Notes: generated from the letters alone by a model not told the origin. Shown: positions 21,126-34,543, counted from the stretch's first letter. The stretch is DNA of 64,000 nucleotides from Blepharisma stoltei ATCC 30299 (GCA_965603825.1 CBFDEM010000041.1:248001-312000), one strand, 5' to 3'. Translations and numbers: made by a program.

Positions 21126-22574
21126 TTAACTCCTATGGATTGGACTCATATTTGCAATTCCGCCATATTTGCGCTTCAGTTCTTCATATTCTTGATATTT
21201 ATTATAATTGCTAGTTTTTTTTGTGGCATCTTCTCTTGTTCTTCTCGGCTGATTTTTAATTGTAATTTCTTTACTTTTCATAATAAATGGAGAAGAGCTA
21301 TGATGCTGATTGGGCTTCCCTACATTATAAGAATTCCTAATGCTGTTTCTTTGGTCAAGTGCTTTCGAAGCTCTTGATGTAATTTCCCTTAAATCCTTCA
21401 AAACATCATTATAATTAAAATGCTCATAAGCTCTTTGATTGCTTGAATCTGGTCTTCTCGTTAATTGGTCAGTATCTGAATCAAATGTCCCAGCTTGTCT
21501 TGCTGTTAAAGATCCATCAGTTGTAAATGACTGCCTACTTGAATGGCTTCTATCATTCCCTAGCTTCAGCAGCTGTACTTGATTTTCTAATTGTGAAATT
21601 ATTTTATCCTTATTTTCCAATCTTTCTGTTAACTCAGAAATCATGGAATCTTTTTCAGTGTCAAATTTCTGTATTCGGAGTTCTTCAGAAATTTTAAGTT
21701 TGTTATGGAGGTCGTCTATGATTTTATCTTTAAGTTCGTTATCTTTATTTTCATCAATTTCAAGATTCAGCCTTTCAATTTCATTTTGAAGATTTTCATT
21801 TTTTGCTCGGTATCTATGCATTCTTGACCTTAGAATCTCAAGTTTACTAGCGATATGATTATAAATGTGACCATCTGCTTTGTTTATTCTATTTGTCCGA
21901 GGTATTCCGTCTTCTTGACTGATATCTTCGACTATGTCATACATTCTCAAAATTTCTTCATCATAGGTTTTTTGTTTTTCTAAAAATTTTTGTGAGTCTT
22001 GTTTAGTTTGCTTTAAAGATAATTCCATTTCAAGAAAGTCGTTGGTGATAAGCTGAATTTCAGACCTAAGCTGTTGGTTTTGTTTTTCATATCTTTCACA
22101 TTCCGTTTTTCAATTTTGAATTTCATCTTCAAGTTCTTTAGTTTTGCTATTTGAAAATTTTTCACTGATTTGGGAGTTTTCAGATTTTAAATTGAGATTT
22201 TGAATTTCTAAGATATTTGCCTCTTCTTTTATTGATTTTTCTTCATAAAATCGATCCGTTGTTGAACCTTCTTGGCAATTCACTGAATTACTCATTGAGT
22301 AAACTGGAGCTTTTGGTGTCGATGCTTCATATTCTATAAAATTTTCATAAGTTAAAACAGCTGATCCTTCTTCTTCCTGAGTGATTTTTGGAGTATTTGC
22401 CAATTCAAATTCTTCATCTGTATCATCTAATGAATAAAAATGAGAATTAATTGACCCTGAAGGGAAATAATTAATGACTCTTTGAGAGCCTGATGAAGGA
22501 GTTGCTAATTGTTGAGTATACTTTAAAAAATCTTCTTCTGATGATCCTTCCAGATCGATTTGTAATAGAGACAT
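21126..22574 (-). CDS. Coiled-coil hypothetical protein (482 aa)
   Basis: ORFs 22110..22574 and 21126..22028 share a frame and are joined by TGA(W); heptad E/K/Q/L composition. Confidence 0.75.
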
Positions 22575-22760
22575 TTAATTTAATCAAAATATTTAGCATA
22601 AAATATTAAGCGCCATTGCAAATAAAAGAGATAATTTCTTCAACTTTCATTTTATAGACCTATTTTGGCAATTAAAAGTTGCTCTGAAAAATTTATTATT
22701 TTAAATGCAAGAGAATATATTTTTCTAGTGGAGTCGGAAAGTGTATATATTTAAATAAAT

Positions 22761-23537
22761 ATGTCGAAAAATGAGAAATCACCATTATATAAAATTTCAA
22801 GGTTCGACCACAAGTCTGATAAAGATATTCTTTCAGATTTTAAATTAACAAAATCCAAATCATTAGCAAAAATAGACACCAATATAAAAGATCTTGAACG
22901 ATCTATACATAGATCATATTTTTCTCAGAATAATAGTCCCGCACACTCAAAATACTGCATGGAAAACCTATCTTTTTATGAGAGGCAATATATTAGTGGC
23001 CCTGAATCTCCAAGATTTAATTCCAGGTTAAAGAAAAACCCGATCAATAAATCATTAGTTATGAGAGAAACAGAAAAAAAGCTCAATAAACTTTCATCAT
23101 TAAAGCCACCTTCAAAATTTACTGTCAGCAAAACTATTGGCTTAACTTTATTAGATGATTTGAAAACCCGCAAAGCCCTTAACAGCATTTTAGAGAAAAG
23201 TTTTAGAACTGACTCTTTTACTTATTCTGGACAAGTTTATGCAAAAAAAATAAACAAACTACCTATAATATCAAGCCATAAGCCTAAGATATCTAAAACA
23301 AATGAAAAAAAAGTAGCTGAGAATAACTCTCCAAAAAGCCCAAATTTATCATATTATAAATCAAAAAAAGAAAAAATATATGAAATTTTCGATCAAACCA
23401 TAAATGACTTTAAACTAAAATCTGTATTTAATTACGATCGAGTAGATACTGCAAATGTTTTAGACAAATATTTAATTGATTACAATAATTCTTGGAGTTT
23501 GGAAGCAATAAAATTAAGCAAAAAATCTGGCCTATAG
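22761..23537 (+). CDS. Hypothetical basic protein (258 aa)
   Basis: ATG..TAG ORF, K/S-rich; no recognised domain. Confidence 0.62.
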   Translation: MSKNEKSPLYKISRFDHKSDKDILSDFKLTKSKSLAKIDTNIKDLERSIHRSYFSQNNSPAHSKYCMENLSFYERQYISGPESPRFNSRLKKNPINKSLVMRETEKKLNKLSSLKPPSKFTVSKTIGLTLLDDLKTRKALNSILEKSFRTDSFTYSGQVYAKKINKLPIISSHKPKISKTNEKKVAENNSPKSPNLSYYKSKKEKIYEIFDQTINDFKLKSVFNYDRVDTANVLDKYLIDYNNSWSLEAIKLSKKSGL

Positions 23538-23900
23538 TGATTAAATCTAAATTTATCTAGCTAAAAAAAAATTAATAGAAAATTTTATAATAAAAAAGTA
23601 GTGAAAGTCATAATATTTTAATCCTGTGTAGATTTTGTAAAAATAATTATTAAATTAGCCTAAATCCTTAGTGAAAGAATGCTAATACATTTTCTATGCC
23701 TAAATCTATTAAATTTAATTTTTAAAATGAACGTATGGAGTCAATATAGAAGATTTTATGATCTCTATGATCATTCCTTAAAACTTAAATTCAAAAATGT
23801 TTATATTGCACATCTTAAAAAACGATTATTTTTTTTATCCATCAAACCATATCTATTAGTTTGTTTTTATCATTAAAATTCGTATTTTTGTAAACTTACT

Positions 23901-26900
23901 ATGGAAGAAGACAAATATGTGAAATCATATTCAGCTGGATTCTGGAAACCAGACTCAGACTCGTCCAAAAGAAACTTAGAAATCCCTTCCCTAATTACTG
24001 ACCAGCAAAGTCCTATCATTTCTTTAACCCTTTCTCAAAACTGAGGGTTTTTATTATCAGCTGATGGAAAACTGTGTGAAATTGCAAATAGTCAAAGCCC
24101 TACCTTTCCTGTTGAAATACCTACCCCTATCAAGCTTATACAAGTGGTTTGCAATGATTCAATAGCGATAGCTATAGGATCCAATAGAAATATGTATTCT
24201 TGGGGTTACGATCAAGACCAAACTGGTCTTCTTGGCATCCCTGATGTGTACGAAGCCTCATCTCCTACGCAAATTCCAGGTATATCAAATATAACACAAA
24301 TTTCTATTGGAACTTCACATGCAGCTGCTATTAATCAAGAAGGACAACTTATAACATGGGGAAGTGGATTTCATGGAGAACTAGGGACTTCGGGACCAAT
24401 TTGTAGGCAAAGCCCTCAAATAGTTACAAAAGCAGAAAAATTCAAAATAAATCAAATTTTATGCGGGGATACTTTTACGTGTATTTGTACTGATGGGTGT
24501 TATGTTTACATCTTTGGGTCTTTGGGAAATTCACATCATCATTTAAGAGGCAGGCTGATTTCGACACCAAAGCCAAGTATTGGGCTATCACAAAAATCAA
24601 GGGATAATAAAATATTGACGACAGTTCCAGACTTAGAAAGACATGCTGTGATTTCAATGTGCTGTGGGAATGGTTTTGTTAGTGTTTTAACAGATTTAGG
24701 AGAAGTTTTTTTCTTTGACGACTGTTTAACTTTAATAAAGGCACCAATTTATCAAGATTCTATCATTGAAATGATATCATGCACAGAAAATGCAGTTTAT
24801 GGGATAGATAAAAATAATGGGCTAATTTTTGAATGAAAATATAATAGAAAAATTCGACTATCTTCCTCTTTTGAGTCTAATATCTGCCAACTTTCATGCT
24901 GGTCTGCAACAGTTTTTGCAGCTAATGAAGAATACACAAATATAACTCTTTTCAATTCTCAAAGCATATATTCTCTCTTTTCATGCCAAACATCAATCGG
25001 GTTTATAGAGCCTATAGGTTATTATCTTTCTATTGTCTATCCTTATAAACGGTCAGAAATTGCTCAGCAAGCAGTCAGAAATTCTTTAGATCTCTGAAAC
25101 AGTGCCCCTGTAACCCCTCATATGTTCAATAAAACAATAAGGATGGAGTCGCCTGTTTTTATTCCAGAGGAAGAAAACGAAATGGAAAAAATATTTTTAG
25201 AACAAATCAATCAGGAGCAAGAAAAGCAATTATTGAATGCATTTAGGCCTACTGTTTTTAATGTTCTACAAAGAGCTTTTAAAAAGATCAAAGAGTATAC
25301 AATAATGAAAATCATCCATAAAAGAACTCTTGCAGCTACTTTAGTTCCTACGTCAATTAAAAAAGTATTAAATAGGCATGAAATCAGCTCAAAGTTCAGT
25401 GCCTTTCAAGCTATACGAAATTATGTTCAAAATCTAATAATAATTCAAGAGCAAAATGAAAGAAATAAACAAAAAAGGCAATTGAAAATAAAAGAAGGCA
25501 CGAAATTATTGCTAAAAATGCTATCAGATTGCATTTTCAGAGAAGAGTGGTTTGCTTTTTCTCAAATAAAGGAATATCAACTTTTGTATCTCCAAAAGAA
25601 AAATGCTATTATGATCATCAGAAAAACATTTAGAAATTTTATTGGGCATAAGGTTAAGTGCGCTTTTGGGAAATGAAAATATTATTTGAGAAGGATGAAG
25701 AGTATTGAAAAACAGAATGAAATTAAAAGAAAAAAAGAAATGAACAAAGCAGATATTATTAAGCTTGAACACAGTTTAAACATAATGAATGTTATACGAA
25801 TGCGAACAATTAGATATGGATTAAATGTATGGAAAGAAAAAACAGAAAAAATAAGAATTTATATTGAGAACAATAAAAAAAAAACTGAGAGTTGTTTAAA
25901 AAACTTTGTTATATTATTAACATTATGTCGAGAAGAAAGAAAAAAGGAATCTATTTCAGCTATAAAAATGATCTCAGATGCACATAAAACTTCAGAAAAA
26001 TTAAAAACTCTTGGGATCAAGCTGAGTGAAAAGGTACGAAATATAACCGCATTTTCTCTTAATAATCATTATAAATCATTGATATCCTATAGCAGATTGT
26101 CATCTTACAGACCAGCACTCATCAAGATCGCAAATATTTGTAGATTACATATGATTGAAACTTTCTCTAAAATTTTTAAAGCCTCAAAAAAATTGATCAT
26201 GCTATCAGATTTACTTAAAAAACATATTAACATGTCTCTTAAAAACGCTTTTACAGTTTTGTCCCAAAACTGCAGGCAAAAACTAAATTCTCGATACCAG
26301 ACCTTTGAAACTCCAGATATTTCAATCTTCCAAGAAAGTGATATGGTTTTAATTCAATCAATAGAAAGTATTGGTGACTTAACTACCTCTGTAGCCAGCG
26401 CATATAAAAAACTGTCTACGTTGCAGACATCAAATGATTTAACAATTGAAACCAAGCCAGATTTCAATATTTCCTTACAATCATCAGACTCAAAATCTAA
26501 AAATCTTGAGTTATTCACATATCCTTCTGTCAGTGTACTTCAAACCCCCAGAGAAAAGCGGCAAACTTCCTCAGGTATTCAAACTTCGATAGTCTTAGAA
26601 AAAGAGCTCACATACCAGCAAAAAATTATCCGAAACATAATGGCCAAAGCAGGGTATTTACAAGAAAAATCCAAAAGCTCTCCGAAAAGGCCACCATGGA
26701 TCCCACCTAATAAAACAGTAGAATTATCAAATGCAAAAAATTCAAATAATTCACAGCAAAAAAGAGCAGATTATGATAACCATTTAAAAGAAAGAATAAA
26801 AATAATCCAGCAGCGAAAAAACCCAGAAAACCTTTACTCTTGTGCAGAAATAAAACAAAAACGAGAAGTTTGTGCAAGGAGAATAAAGTCTTATCCTGAT

Positions 26901-26939
26901 AAAACTGCTTTACATTTGATTTCTAAGCATAATAGTTAA
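23901..26939 (+). CDS. RCC1-repeat beta-propeller protein with long basic helical C-terminal region (1012 aa)
   Basis: ATG 23901; ORFs 24144, 25122 and 25686 share this frame and are joined by TGA(W). RCC1 repeats: YSWG....GLLG, QISIGTSHAAAI, ITWGSGFHGELG, CGDTFT, CCGNGF. Confidence 0.82.
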
Positions 26940-27073
26940 CTCCATTTAATTAATACTAAATTGACTAATAAGTTTACAAAGAATTGCGAAGATAAATTAC
27001 TTAATTGTTGACATGAGGACTGACAATTTATTGGGCTTTTTAGCTAGTTTATCTTATTATAATAAAATTCTTT

Positions 27074-27382
27074 TTAAACCATAATCTCTTCAATTTCTTG
27101 CAAAAGCGCCTCAGATGTAACTTTAACTCTTATTCGTGTGGAACCATAATACCCTAATAATGTAAGTGCGCATCATAATTTTGAGGCATCTTCATTTGGA
27201 GTTTCTATAGCCACTTGATGATTTTCAGCATCAATATCAAGCAGTCTGTATTGGATCTGGCTTCCTCCAACTTGCCCATATAAAGAAATAACAGCAAAGT
27301 TCAATATATTAGCCAAAAAAGACTCACTGATATCATCAATGTCATGCTCAAATTTAACTTGGAAAGTGATTTTGGTTGTCAT
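27074..27382 (-). CDS. RPP14: RNase P/MRP protein subunit, Rpp14/Pop5 family (102 aa)
   Basis: AVISLYGQVG...SKL-W(TGA 27173)-CALTLLGYY..RIRVKVTS resembles the RPP14 KLWSSLTLLG motif; ends at TAA 27074. Confidence 0.75.
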
Positions 27383-27394
27383 TTACTTAATTTA

Positions 27395-28009
27395 TTAATA
27401 TTTTTCAAAAGAACTATTTGCTCTTTTATGATTCAGAGTACTGAAATAAGGTGACCTAATAAATGCTCGTTTTGGAAAATTCGGCTTTGTTCTTGGCCTT
27501 TCTGGTGACTGTGGAGTCTTTGTTCTGGTTTCGTCTGTAAGAGTAAAATCAACTGATTTTCTCAAAAACCATGGAGATTTCTCTCCTGCTTCAATGGCAC
27601 TTGCAGGCCGTAGAGGACGATTTGGGAGCACTTGTGAAGCGTCAATCCTAGGGGTGATATCATTTATGCTTGCTCTTTTAGATTTCAAGACAAATGATGG
27701 CTCAAAAACTATTTGATCGCCAAGGTAATAATACCCGTTATTTGAGAGATCCTTTTCTGCATGATTTTTCTTATAAATTGGGCCTTTTTTGGTGATATCT
27801 TGCTTAAGCTCGTAGGAGCCAGGACCAACTCGATACCCAGTTCTTTTGGCGTTAATTTCATATTGAGGGAATCTTGATGCTTTGGAAAAATTTGGCCTTA
27901 ATCGACTTGGAGATGCAAAAAGAGTATTTCCTGTAATTGTAACCCCAACATCATAATATTCAGGAGTTTTTTCTTTAGGACTACGAAATTTGAGATCAGT
28001 TGGCCTCAT
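27395..28009 (-). CDS. Hypothetical protein with a SHIPPO/ODF3-like GPGSY motif (possible axonemal protein)
   Basis: 204-aa ORF containing FSKASRF...VGPGSY. Confidence 0.6.
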   Translation of the reverse strand: MRPTDLKFRSPKEKTPEYYDVGVTITGNTLFASPSRLRPNFSKASRFPQYEINAKRTGYRVGPGSYELKQDITKKGPIYKKNHAEKDLSNNGYYYLGDQIVFEPSFVLKSKRASINDITPRIDASQVLPNRPLRPASAIEAGEKSPWFLRKSVDFTLTDETRTKTPQSPERPRTKPNFPKRAFIRSPYFSTLNHKRANSSFEKY

Positions 28010-28774
28010 TTTTGCTATGTCTCTAAATAATAAAATAAAGATTGGGAAGCTATATTATGCGTTTCCTTTTAAATATATTGGTAAATCCTACCAATTTGAC
28101 TTTGGTAAGACAATTTTTTGAGTTTTATAAAACCCTAATTCTTTAGCAGTTTTGACGATTGAAATATTTTTGACTTTCAAAGTCTAATTTAAATTGATTT
28201 ACAAGTATACTTTATTATAATTTACGATTATCGCGTCTTAGGCGCCTTTATTTTTAAATCTCATACCTATTTTAGCATAATTCTTGACTGCAGCATCAAT
28301 TAATCTATTTGACTCTTCTTCATTTTAACTCGAATTAATGCCATCATGGCATGCTCTAGTCGGTCGAGCATGCTTCCTTTGACATTTATTTCTGGCTTTC
28401 TATAGAGTCAATTTCTTAATTTATAATCCAATTTTTATCTCTTTTAATTATTTTTGGTTGTCCAAATATATTTGAAACTTCATCCAAAAGCGCATTGGAA
28501 TCTCATTCCCTAATTAGCTATGACAGAAAAGGGTGAAAGTGTAAAAATTACTTTAACATCAAGTTCGATGACCAATTATATCAAGTAAAGCTTCGGAGCT
28601 ATAAGTGATAAAGGCAAGAAATTAAAAACAATGGATAAAGCCAGATAAAATAAAATTTAAGGTAAATGTATAGCGGTCTTGAAATTTGAAAAATTATGGC
28701 ATACTATTAAGCTTTATAAAATTAAAAAGAACCATGTCCTTAATTGATGCAACTTTTTTACTTTTAATTAATTC

Positions 28775-30100
28775 CTACAAGTTAAATATTCTTTTAAATT
28801 CATTTAATACAAATTCATGCTGGCTTACGTGTTGAAATGATAAGCTTGCGCACATGATTGCATTGGTAAGATCTTGAAGTCTAGAAAGATCTGGCTTCTC
28901 TTCTGGAGAGAATGATAAAAGCAAGTAATTTATCAGGTTTTCTAGCATTGGATCAATTTCTGTGTAAGACTCGTCTGTGAAAGGAATTTGCATTAAATCG
29001 CCAAATTTTAAGCATTCTTGTAATGGAAAATTCCTAAAAATATTGTACATCTTTAGAACTATTGAAATTTTCTCACTAAGAGGTCCTCTTAACGTCTCAT
29101 GGATAAGTCTATCTCTTATTCTTATTAAGCATTGTATCAGAAAAGAAATCGAAAATTCATAGCTATAAATTTTTCTCGAGTTTTGTATAGAATATGGAGA
29201 GTTGCATTTAGGAACTAAACAGACAAAGTTGACATTGGAAAATCTTTTTATTTCTTTATAAACCATCTCGAGTGATTTTGGTGAATGATTTTTATCTAGG
29301 AAAATTACATGATTGTGTACATTTTTGTAAATTTCATCTTTTAGTCTTTTAAACAAAAGAGTCCTGGTATTTTTGTTATTATAATCAAAATTATAATCAA
29401 ATTCAGTGTTCGTCTGCTTGTTGATACTTTCAGCTCTTATTGTGTCAGGAGATATAACGGTTAAGGTAAAACTTATACTATGCAAAACTTCTTGAAGGAC
29501 AGGGATCAAGCTTGATTTTCCCATACCTGGAATCCCTAATGGCATAATCAGATAGCATCCTTTTCTAGGATTATTTATAGTTTGGGGATTTTTCATTAAA
29601 AATTTAGATAAAATTAATTGTCCAATTTCCTGTGGCTTTAAGTAGTCTGCAGCAATCACATTATTTGGGTATTTTGAATTTAAAAGTGCTATATCTTCTC
29701 TTCAGCATGATATAAGTTGTACCAGTTTTGAGCGAATATCCTCGCATTTCATATAAGGCAACGCATAAGAAGGAACTTCATTTGATTTAACTGAGACAAA
29801 ATTTCTAATGCTTTCTTCTGACTTATTTACCCCTTCATCATTAATACCACAATACACCATTAAGCACTTTAAATTCAGATCTTGAGGAATTCTAACTCTA
29901 TGAGAAATTAAGCAAAGCCTTAACCCTTCGGTTATAGACATCCTTGGATTTCATGAATAGGTTATTTCAGTCGGATGAATGATTGAAGCTATAGTTTCAA
30001 TGTCTTCATTTGAAAATCATTGAGGAGGATAAACAATTACAACGATAAGTGGCAGTTCAAGTTTGTTTATAACACAATCAATATTTTTTGATTCTTCCAT
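28775..30100 (-). CDS. P-loop nucleotide/polynucleotide kinase resembling the tRNA-ligase (Trl1/plant RNL) kinase module (441 aa)
   Basis: ATG 30100; three TGA(W) join ORFs 29702..29941 and 28775..29659. Motifs LIMPLGIPGMGKSS, ISPDTIR, IFLDKNH, CLIRIRDRLIHETL. Confidence 0.65.
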
Positions 30101-30146
30101 AGATATGCTAAGATTATAAATTCTTTAATTTGAGGGAATAAATATA

Positions 30147-32030
30147 TTAAACATAAGCATTTTCTAATTTTTGATGTCTTCTAAAAGCAGCTGTCTGAGG
30201 TCTATTAGATTTATTAAACCTGTTTATTGAGCTCTTCACTGAATTTACGATCCTTTCACTGCTTAGTATCATTGGGCTTGATGAAGACTTTACAAATAAA
30301 ACGTCTTGCATATAGTCATTTTCGATCTTTTTCCTCAATGTAGATTGTGCAAGCCTTGAATCGAATGCACTTTCCTCAAATTTTTCAATGATTTTTTCTT
30401 TGGATATCCCTTTTTCAATATCAATTGCTTTAATTTCATCATGAATTCTGTCCATGATTGACTCAATTTCATCGTTAGCGACCTTAAAGCTAGTTCCTTT
30501 CTTAGGCTGAACTATACTTTCATCGATTCTTACAGAATTATCTTTGGATGCTTGATTGCTAGTAATAACTGGGGGCTTAAAGAACAGTCTTTGAGCTGGG
30601 ACCGCACTTGTATTATTACTATTCAGCATTTTCAATAAATTTTTATAGACTTTTGTCTTCATTTTCGATTTCATTTTAATTTCCTGCCTTTTGATGTTTT
30701 CCTCGTCTGCTGCTTTTAGCCTCGCTATTCTGTGCACAATTACATCAGTATTCCCTTGTGGAGGGATCATGTGCCGAAAATGCTTTCTAAGCCTTAGATC
30801 TGAAATTTTTCGCTTGTCTTCTTTTTCTTTTTCTCACAAATTCATAGCCCCGCTGGTAGATAGTGGCCTCATATGTTTGACATCTGAGCCAATATTTAGA
30901 GTTTTGCTTATTTTTGTATAGAAATACTGGTCTGCACTTACAAATCGGTTAGTAGGGTCTTCTGTTAGTCGTTTTTGCAGCCTTTTAAGCTCTTCTGGGG
31001 AATAATATCGTTCTGGCTTTTGCTCTTTTGGGACTGCAGATAGATTTAGGCTTGGCAGAGAAATGTGGGTATTGAGCTTGTCTTGTTCGGTATTTAGCTG
31101 AGAGTCGGGCTGAATACTGGTTTTAAACTCAAAAGGCTCTTCTAAGCTTTTTTTTTGCTCTTCTAGGACTGTCATGAATTCTCTGCTTGATAGAGGTCTC
31201 ATTCCTTTCATTCTTTGTGAGTCTGGTCTAATGATCTGTGACTCTGCTAAAGCTCTTTTAGCAGTTTCCAGTATATGGTTCTCATCAGATAAAAATTGAG
31301 ATCCAATATTCACAGCATTTGTGTAGGCTTGAATCATAGCTTTTCTATGGCCAAGGGATTCTTCAGCAACACCAATATTGTAAAATGCTATTACATAGGT
31401 GGTAATCATAGTTTCTACCTTGTATTTTTCTTTCGTACTTAGCATAGATAACGGTCTCCCATCTAATCTCTGCTTATTTTCTAATTGCAAAGTTGCTAGT
31501 GCCTGCTCTGCATGGCCTATTGCTTCTTTATAGCGGCGTAGTTCTGAATATAGAGCACTTATGTTGAGTTTGGTTTTCGCGATAAATTGTAATGAATCAG
31601 GTTGGTTTGCATGAAACTCTTCAATTATTTTAAGCCCTCTCATAAGATAATTCAAAGCCATGTGATAGTTTTTCATTGCTTGATGATATGTGCCTCAATT
31701 GTTAAAAGTCAAAAGAACTAAGCGAAATGTGCTTTCATTCATTGAAATATTTTCCTTTTTGCAAAGACCCATTCAGTTGGATAAGACTTGCTCAGCTCTA
31801 CGAAGGTAAGAAACTGGGGAATCTGAAGCTGAAACTAGCTTGTTGCATAATGAAGCGATTTGTTCAGTTATATCAAGAGAGCTTGGAACTGAAAGATTTA
31901 TGGCATCAGAAGAAACTCGTTCAATTGCATCTAGGGCTTCTTGGAGCTTGCCTTTGTGCTCCAGGCGCTTGCTTTCTTTAAGAGCGCCGCTCGCTATTTC
32001 TTCTGTAGGATGATCTACTTGAAGTAACAT
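30147..32030 (-). CDS. TPR-repeat protein with disordered/coiled C-terminus (627 aa)
   Basis: Three ORFs in one frame joined by TGA(W). TFNNWGTYHQ..NYHMALNYL, AKTKLNISALYSELRRYKEAIGHAEQAL, IAFYNIGVAEESLG. Confidence 0.8.
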
Positions 32031-32378
32031 AAAATTTCTTTTAAAGGATTATTTAAGTAGTCTTATAAAACTGATGAAATAAAATGATTTACATAATTTT
32101 CAGAATAGTCTTCGATCAGAGATCAGCTACCTGTTCTATCATCATGATTTATTTATCTCAAATCCTTGTAAATTCCTAGATTTCAGAAATTGCTTTTCTC
32201 ATTATAGCTAATTAACTAATAAATAGTAAGTAAATATACAAATTAATAAATAAATAACAGTAAGGTTTTAAGCCTTATTATTTTATCTAAATTAGGTATT
32301 TTAAATTTTGTCTTACTCATTAAAATAATGAGGAAAATAATATTTGTAAAATTCTTAAATTATATAACAATTAATAAT

Positions 32379-32783
32379 TTAATCCAAATTACTATGCCTA
32401 TTACTCTGTGCAGGTGAAAAAAATCCTTGAGGTATTGAAATATGCTGATTCGATAAATTTAATTTTTGCTCAAGAATTTCTAATTTTGAATAAAAAGAGT
32501 TTTGAATTTTACCCAAAGGAATTTTAATCCTCGGCAAAGATTTTTGTTTCAACGGAATATTTTCTTTGTTACAAGCAATAAAATTGATAGGTTGGCTTGG
32601 ATGCTTTATATGGTTTGGGATTATACGCGACTCCCTCGGATTTAATTCTTCAATTGTGTCTCTTGATGAAAAACTCAAGTTTTTTTCGAGCCTTTTCTTG
32701 TACTTTGATAGAAGAGTTTGCTTGAAATTCATTGGCTTGCTAATTGTGGAAATTTGTCTTATATTTGAATTTTCGAATGACAT
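32379..32783 (-). CDS. Hypothetical basic protein (134 aa)
   Basis: ATG..TAA ORF between AT-rich spacers. Confidence 0.5.
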   Translation of the reverse strand: MSFENSNIRQISTISKPMNFKQTLLSKYKKRLEKNLSFSSRDTIEELNPRESRIIPNHIKHPSQPINFIACNKENIPLKQKSLPRIKIPLGKIQNSFYSKLEILEQKLNLSNQHISIPQGFFSPAQSNRHSNLD

Positions 32784-32893
32784 TTTTAATTGTTTAAAAA
32801 ATTGTTATGCAATACTTGCGAAGATTAAGAGTAATAAAAAAGCCATAAAACATTGATGCCATTTGAATTTTAAATATAAAGACTTAGGATTAA

Positions 32894-34543
32894 TTATTCG
32901 ACTAAATATTCCCAAGGACCTTGCACAACTTCCCAGACAAGTCCAAAAACATACGTCCCAAACCCAGCTCGCTCATCACATGCAAACACATCGTTGAAAA
33001 CATCATTAGAAAGTCTACAATACAGGGATTTTTGACATTTTTTATCACATTTTTTAGACTCAAATGGATATTGGCCGAGCCAGTTTGCATAGTATTTTTG
33101 AGCGACCGCCTCATCTTTAAGCACTTGGTCAGCCAAATTAGCAAAGGATGAGGGTGACATGTCAGCCATACCATACTCTTCTTTGAAGTTAAAAGCGAGC
33201 TCAAAAATTGCGCTTTCAGTGTTTTTATTGGCGCTATGAAGAGGCAATCTATATTGGTGAATATTTACTAAATGATGTGTCTTCACATCGTACTCATATA
33301 ATCTAAATGACGGATTTTGATACCAATAAGTTGTAAAAGAAGGAGCTGCAAAATAAACACCAGCTGGATCAGCACCAGAAACTAATGAATGAACTACAAA
33401 GAACTCATCAGCATGAGTATGGCCAAAAAGCTGTCCTCTAATTGTATTTTGGAACCTATTCACAAGGGCTCTGAAGTGCCTCGACCATATTGAGTCAATA
33501 TATTTATCTCCATGAGGAATATGCCCTATAATGATAACAGCCTCATTATTTGATTCAGCTTTATAGAGTTCATTTTTAAGCCATGCAAGCATTCCTGCAG
33601 GATCTGTATTGTTTTGGATAAGCCATCCATTCATATTATCCCCTAGCTGATTATTAAGCCCTAAAATTCTAAATCCTGTTGTTGGTTCTAAGGTCGAGTA
33701 ATAGCCATTTTTAGCAAATTGTTTAATTTCTTCATATCCAAGCCAATCCTGCCAAAGTTCAGTTAAATTTCCCAATAAAACTTGCTCATGATTTGGGTGA
33801 AAAAAATCCATAGGAAAGCAATCATGATTTCCAATAATGGGGAATACAGGGACTTTTAAATGGTCTTTGAACATTTTCGTGATTTTTCGAGTCACGTCCA
33901 TTTCTTTTTCTCTTTCATAGTCCCACACATCATGAGGGGGATTATCTCCTGTTCACACCACAAAACTTATGGGAAGATTTTTTATTTGCTCAAGAAAAGC
34001 TATTGCGGTTTGTGGAGGAGTGTCACAGCAAGCTCGAGATCCCCAGTATCCAGCCGTTCCATTTCCTGATCGACAACAAACAGGATATGAGCATTCAGCT
34101 TCTGATCCTGGCTGATAAAAATAGTCAATGTGCATGTCTGTTACTTGCAGCACAAAGAAGGTTTCAGATCCTGTTATTGGCCAAGGCTGGATTGGCGGCA
34201 TATCTTTAAGTACTTCTTGCTCGTATTGCGTTAAATTATCTAATAAATACTCTGGGTGCTGGCATAGTCCAATTTTGGAACAAATATGGCCAGTCTCTAA
34301 AAGTTTTGCCATAACATTTTCTGCATATCCACGTCCATACATATCAACTAGTCCTTGACAAACTTCATGATGTTGGAATAGCGAGCAAATTTTAATAAGG
34401 AATTCTGCTCCTGAGTCCATAAAAATTCCGTTTTTAAATGTATCTCTTGCTGCAGCCATTATAATGTGACAAGAAAGGCAAGCTGGAGATTGTTCAGCAG
34501 TAATTTGCGAGAGGAGTAAGACAAAGGGCAAAATTATTCTCAT
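32894..34543 (-). CDS. SMPD1: Acid sphingomyelinase-like phosphodiesterase with signal peptide and saposin-B domain (549 aa)
   Basis: Signal MRIILPFVLLL; saposin Cys pattern; DMHID, CDTP, V-W(TGA 33953)-TGDNPPHD, GNHD, GHIP, FGHTHADEF, NPSFRLY. Confidence 0.92.

Noticed and set aside
23679-23876. 65-aa ORF upstream of the RCC1 gene
   Set aside because: AT-rich spacer composition and no motif; the real gene starts at 23901.
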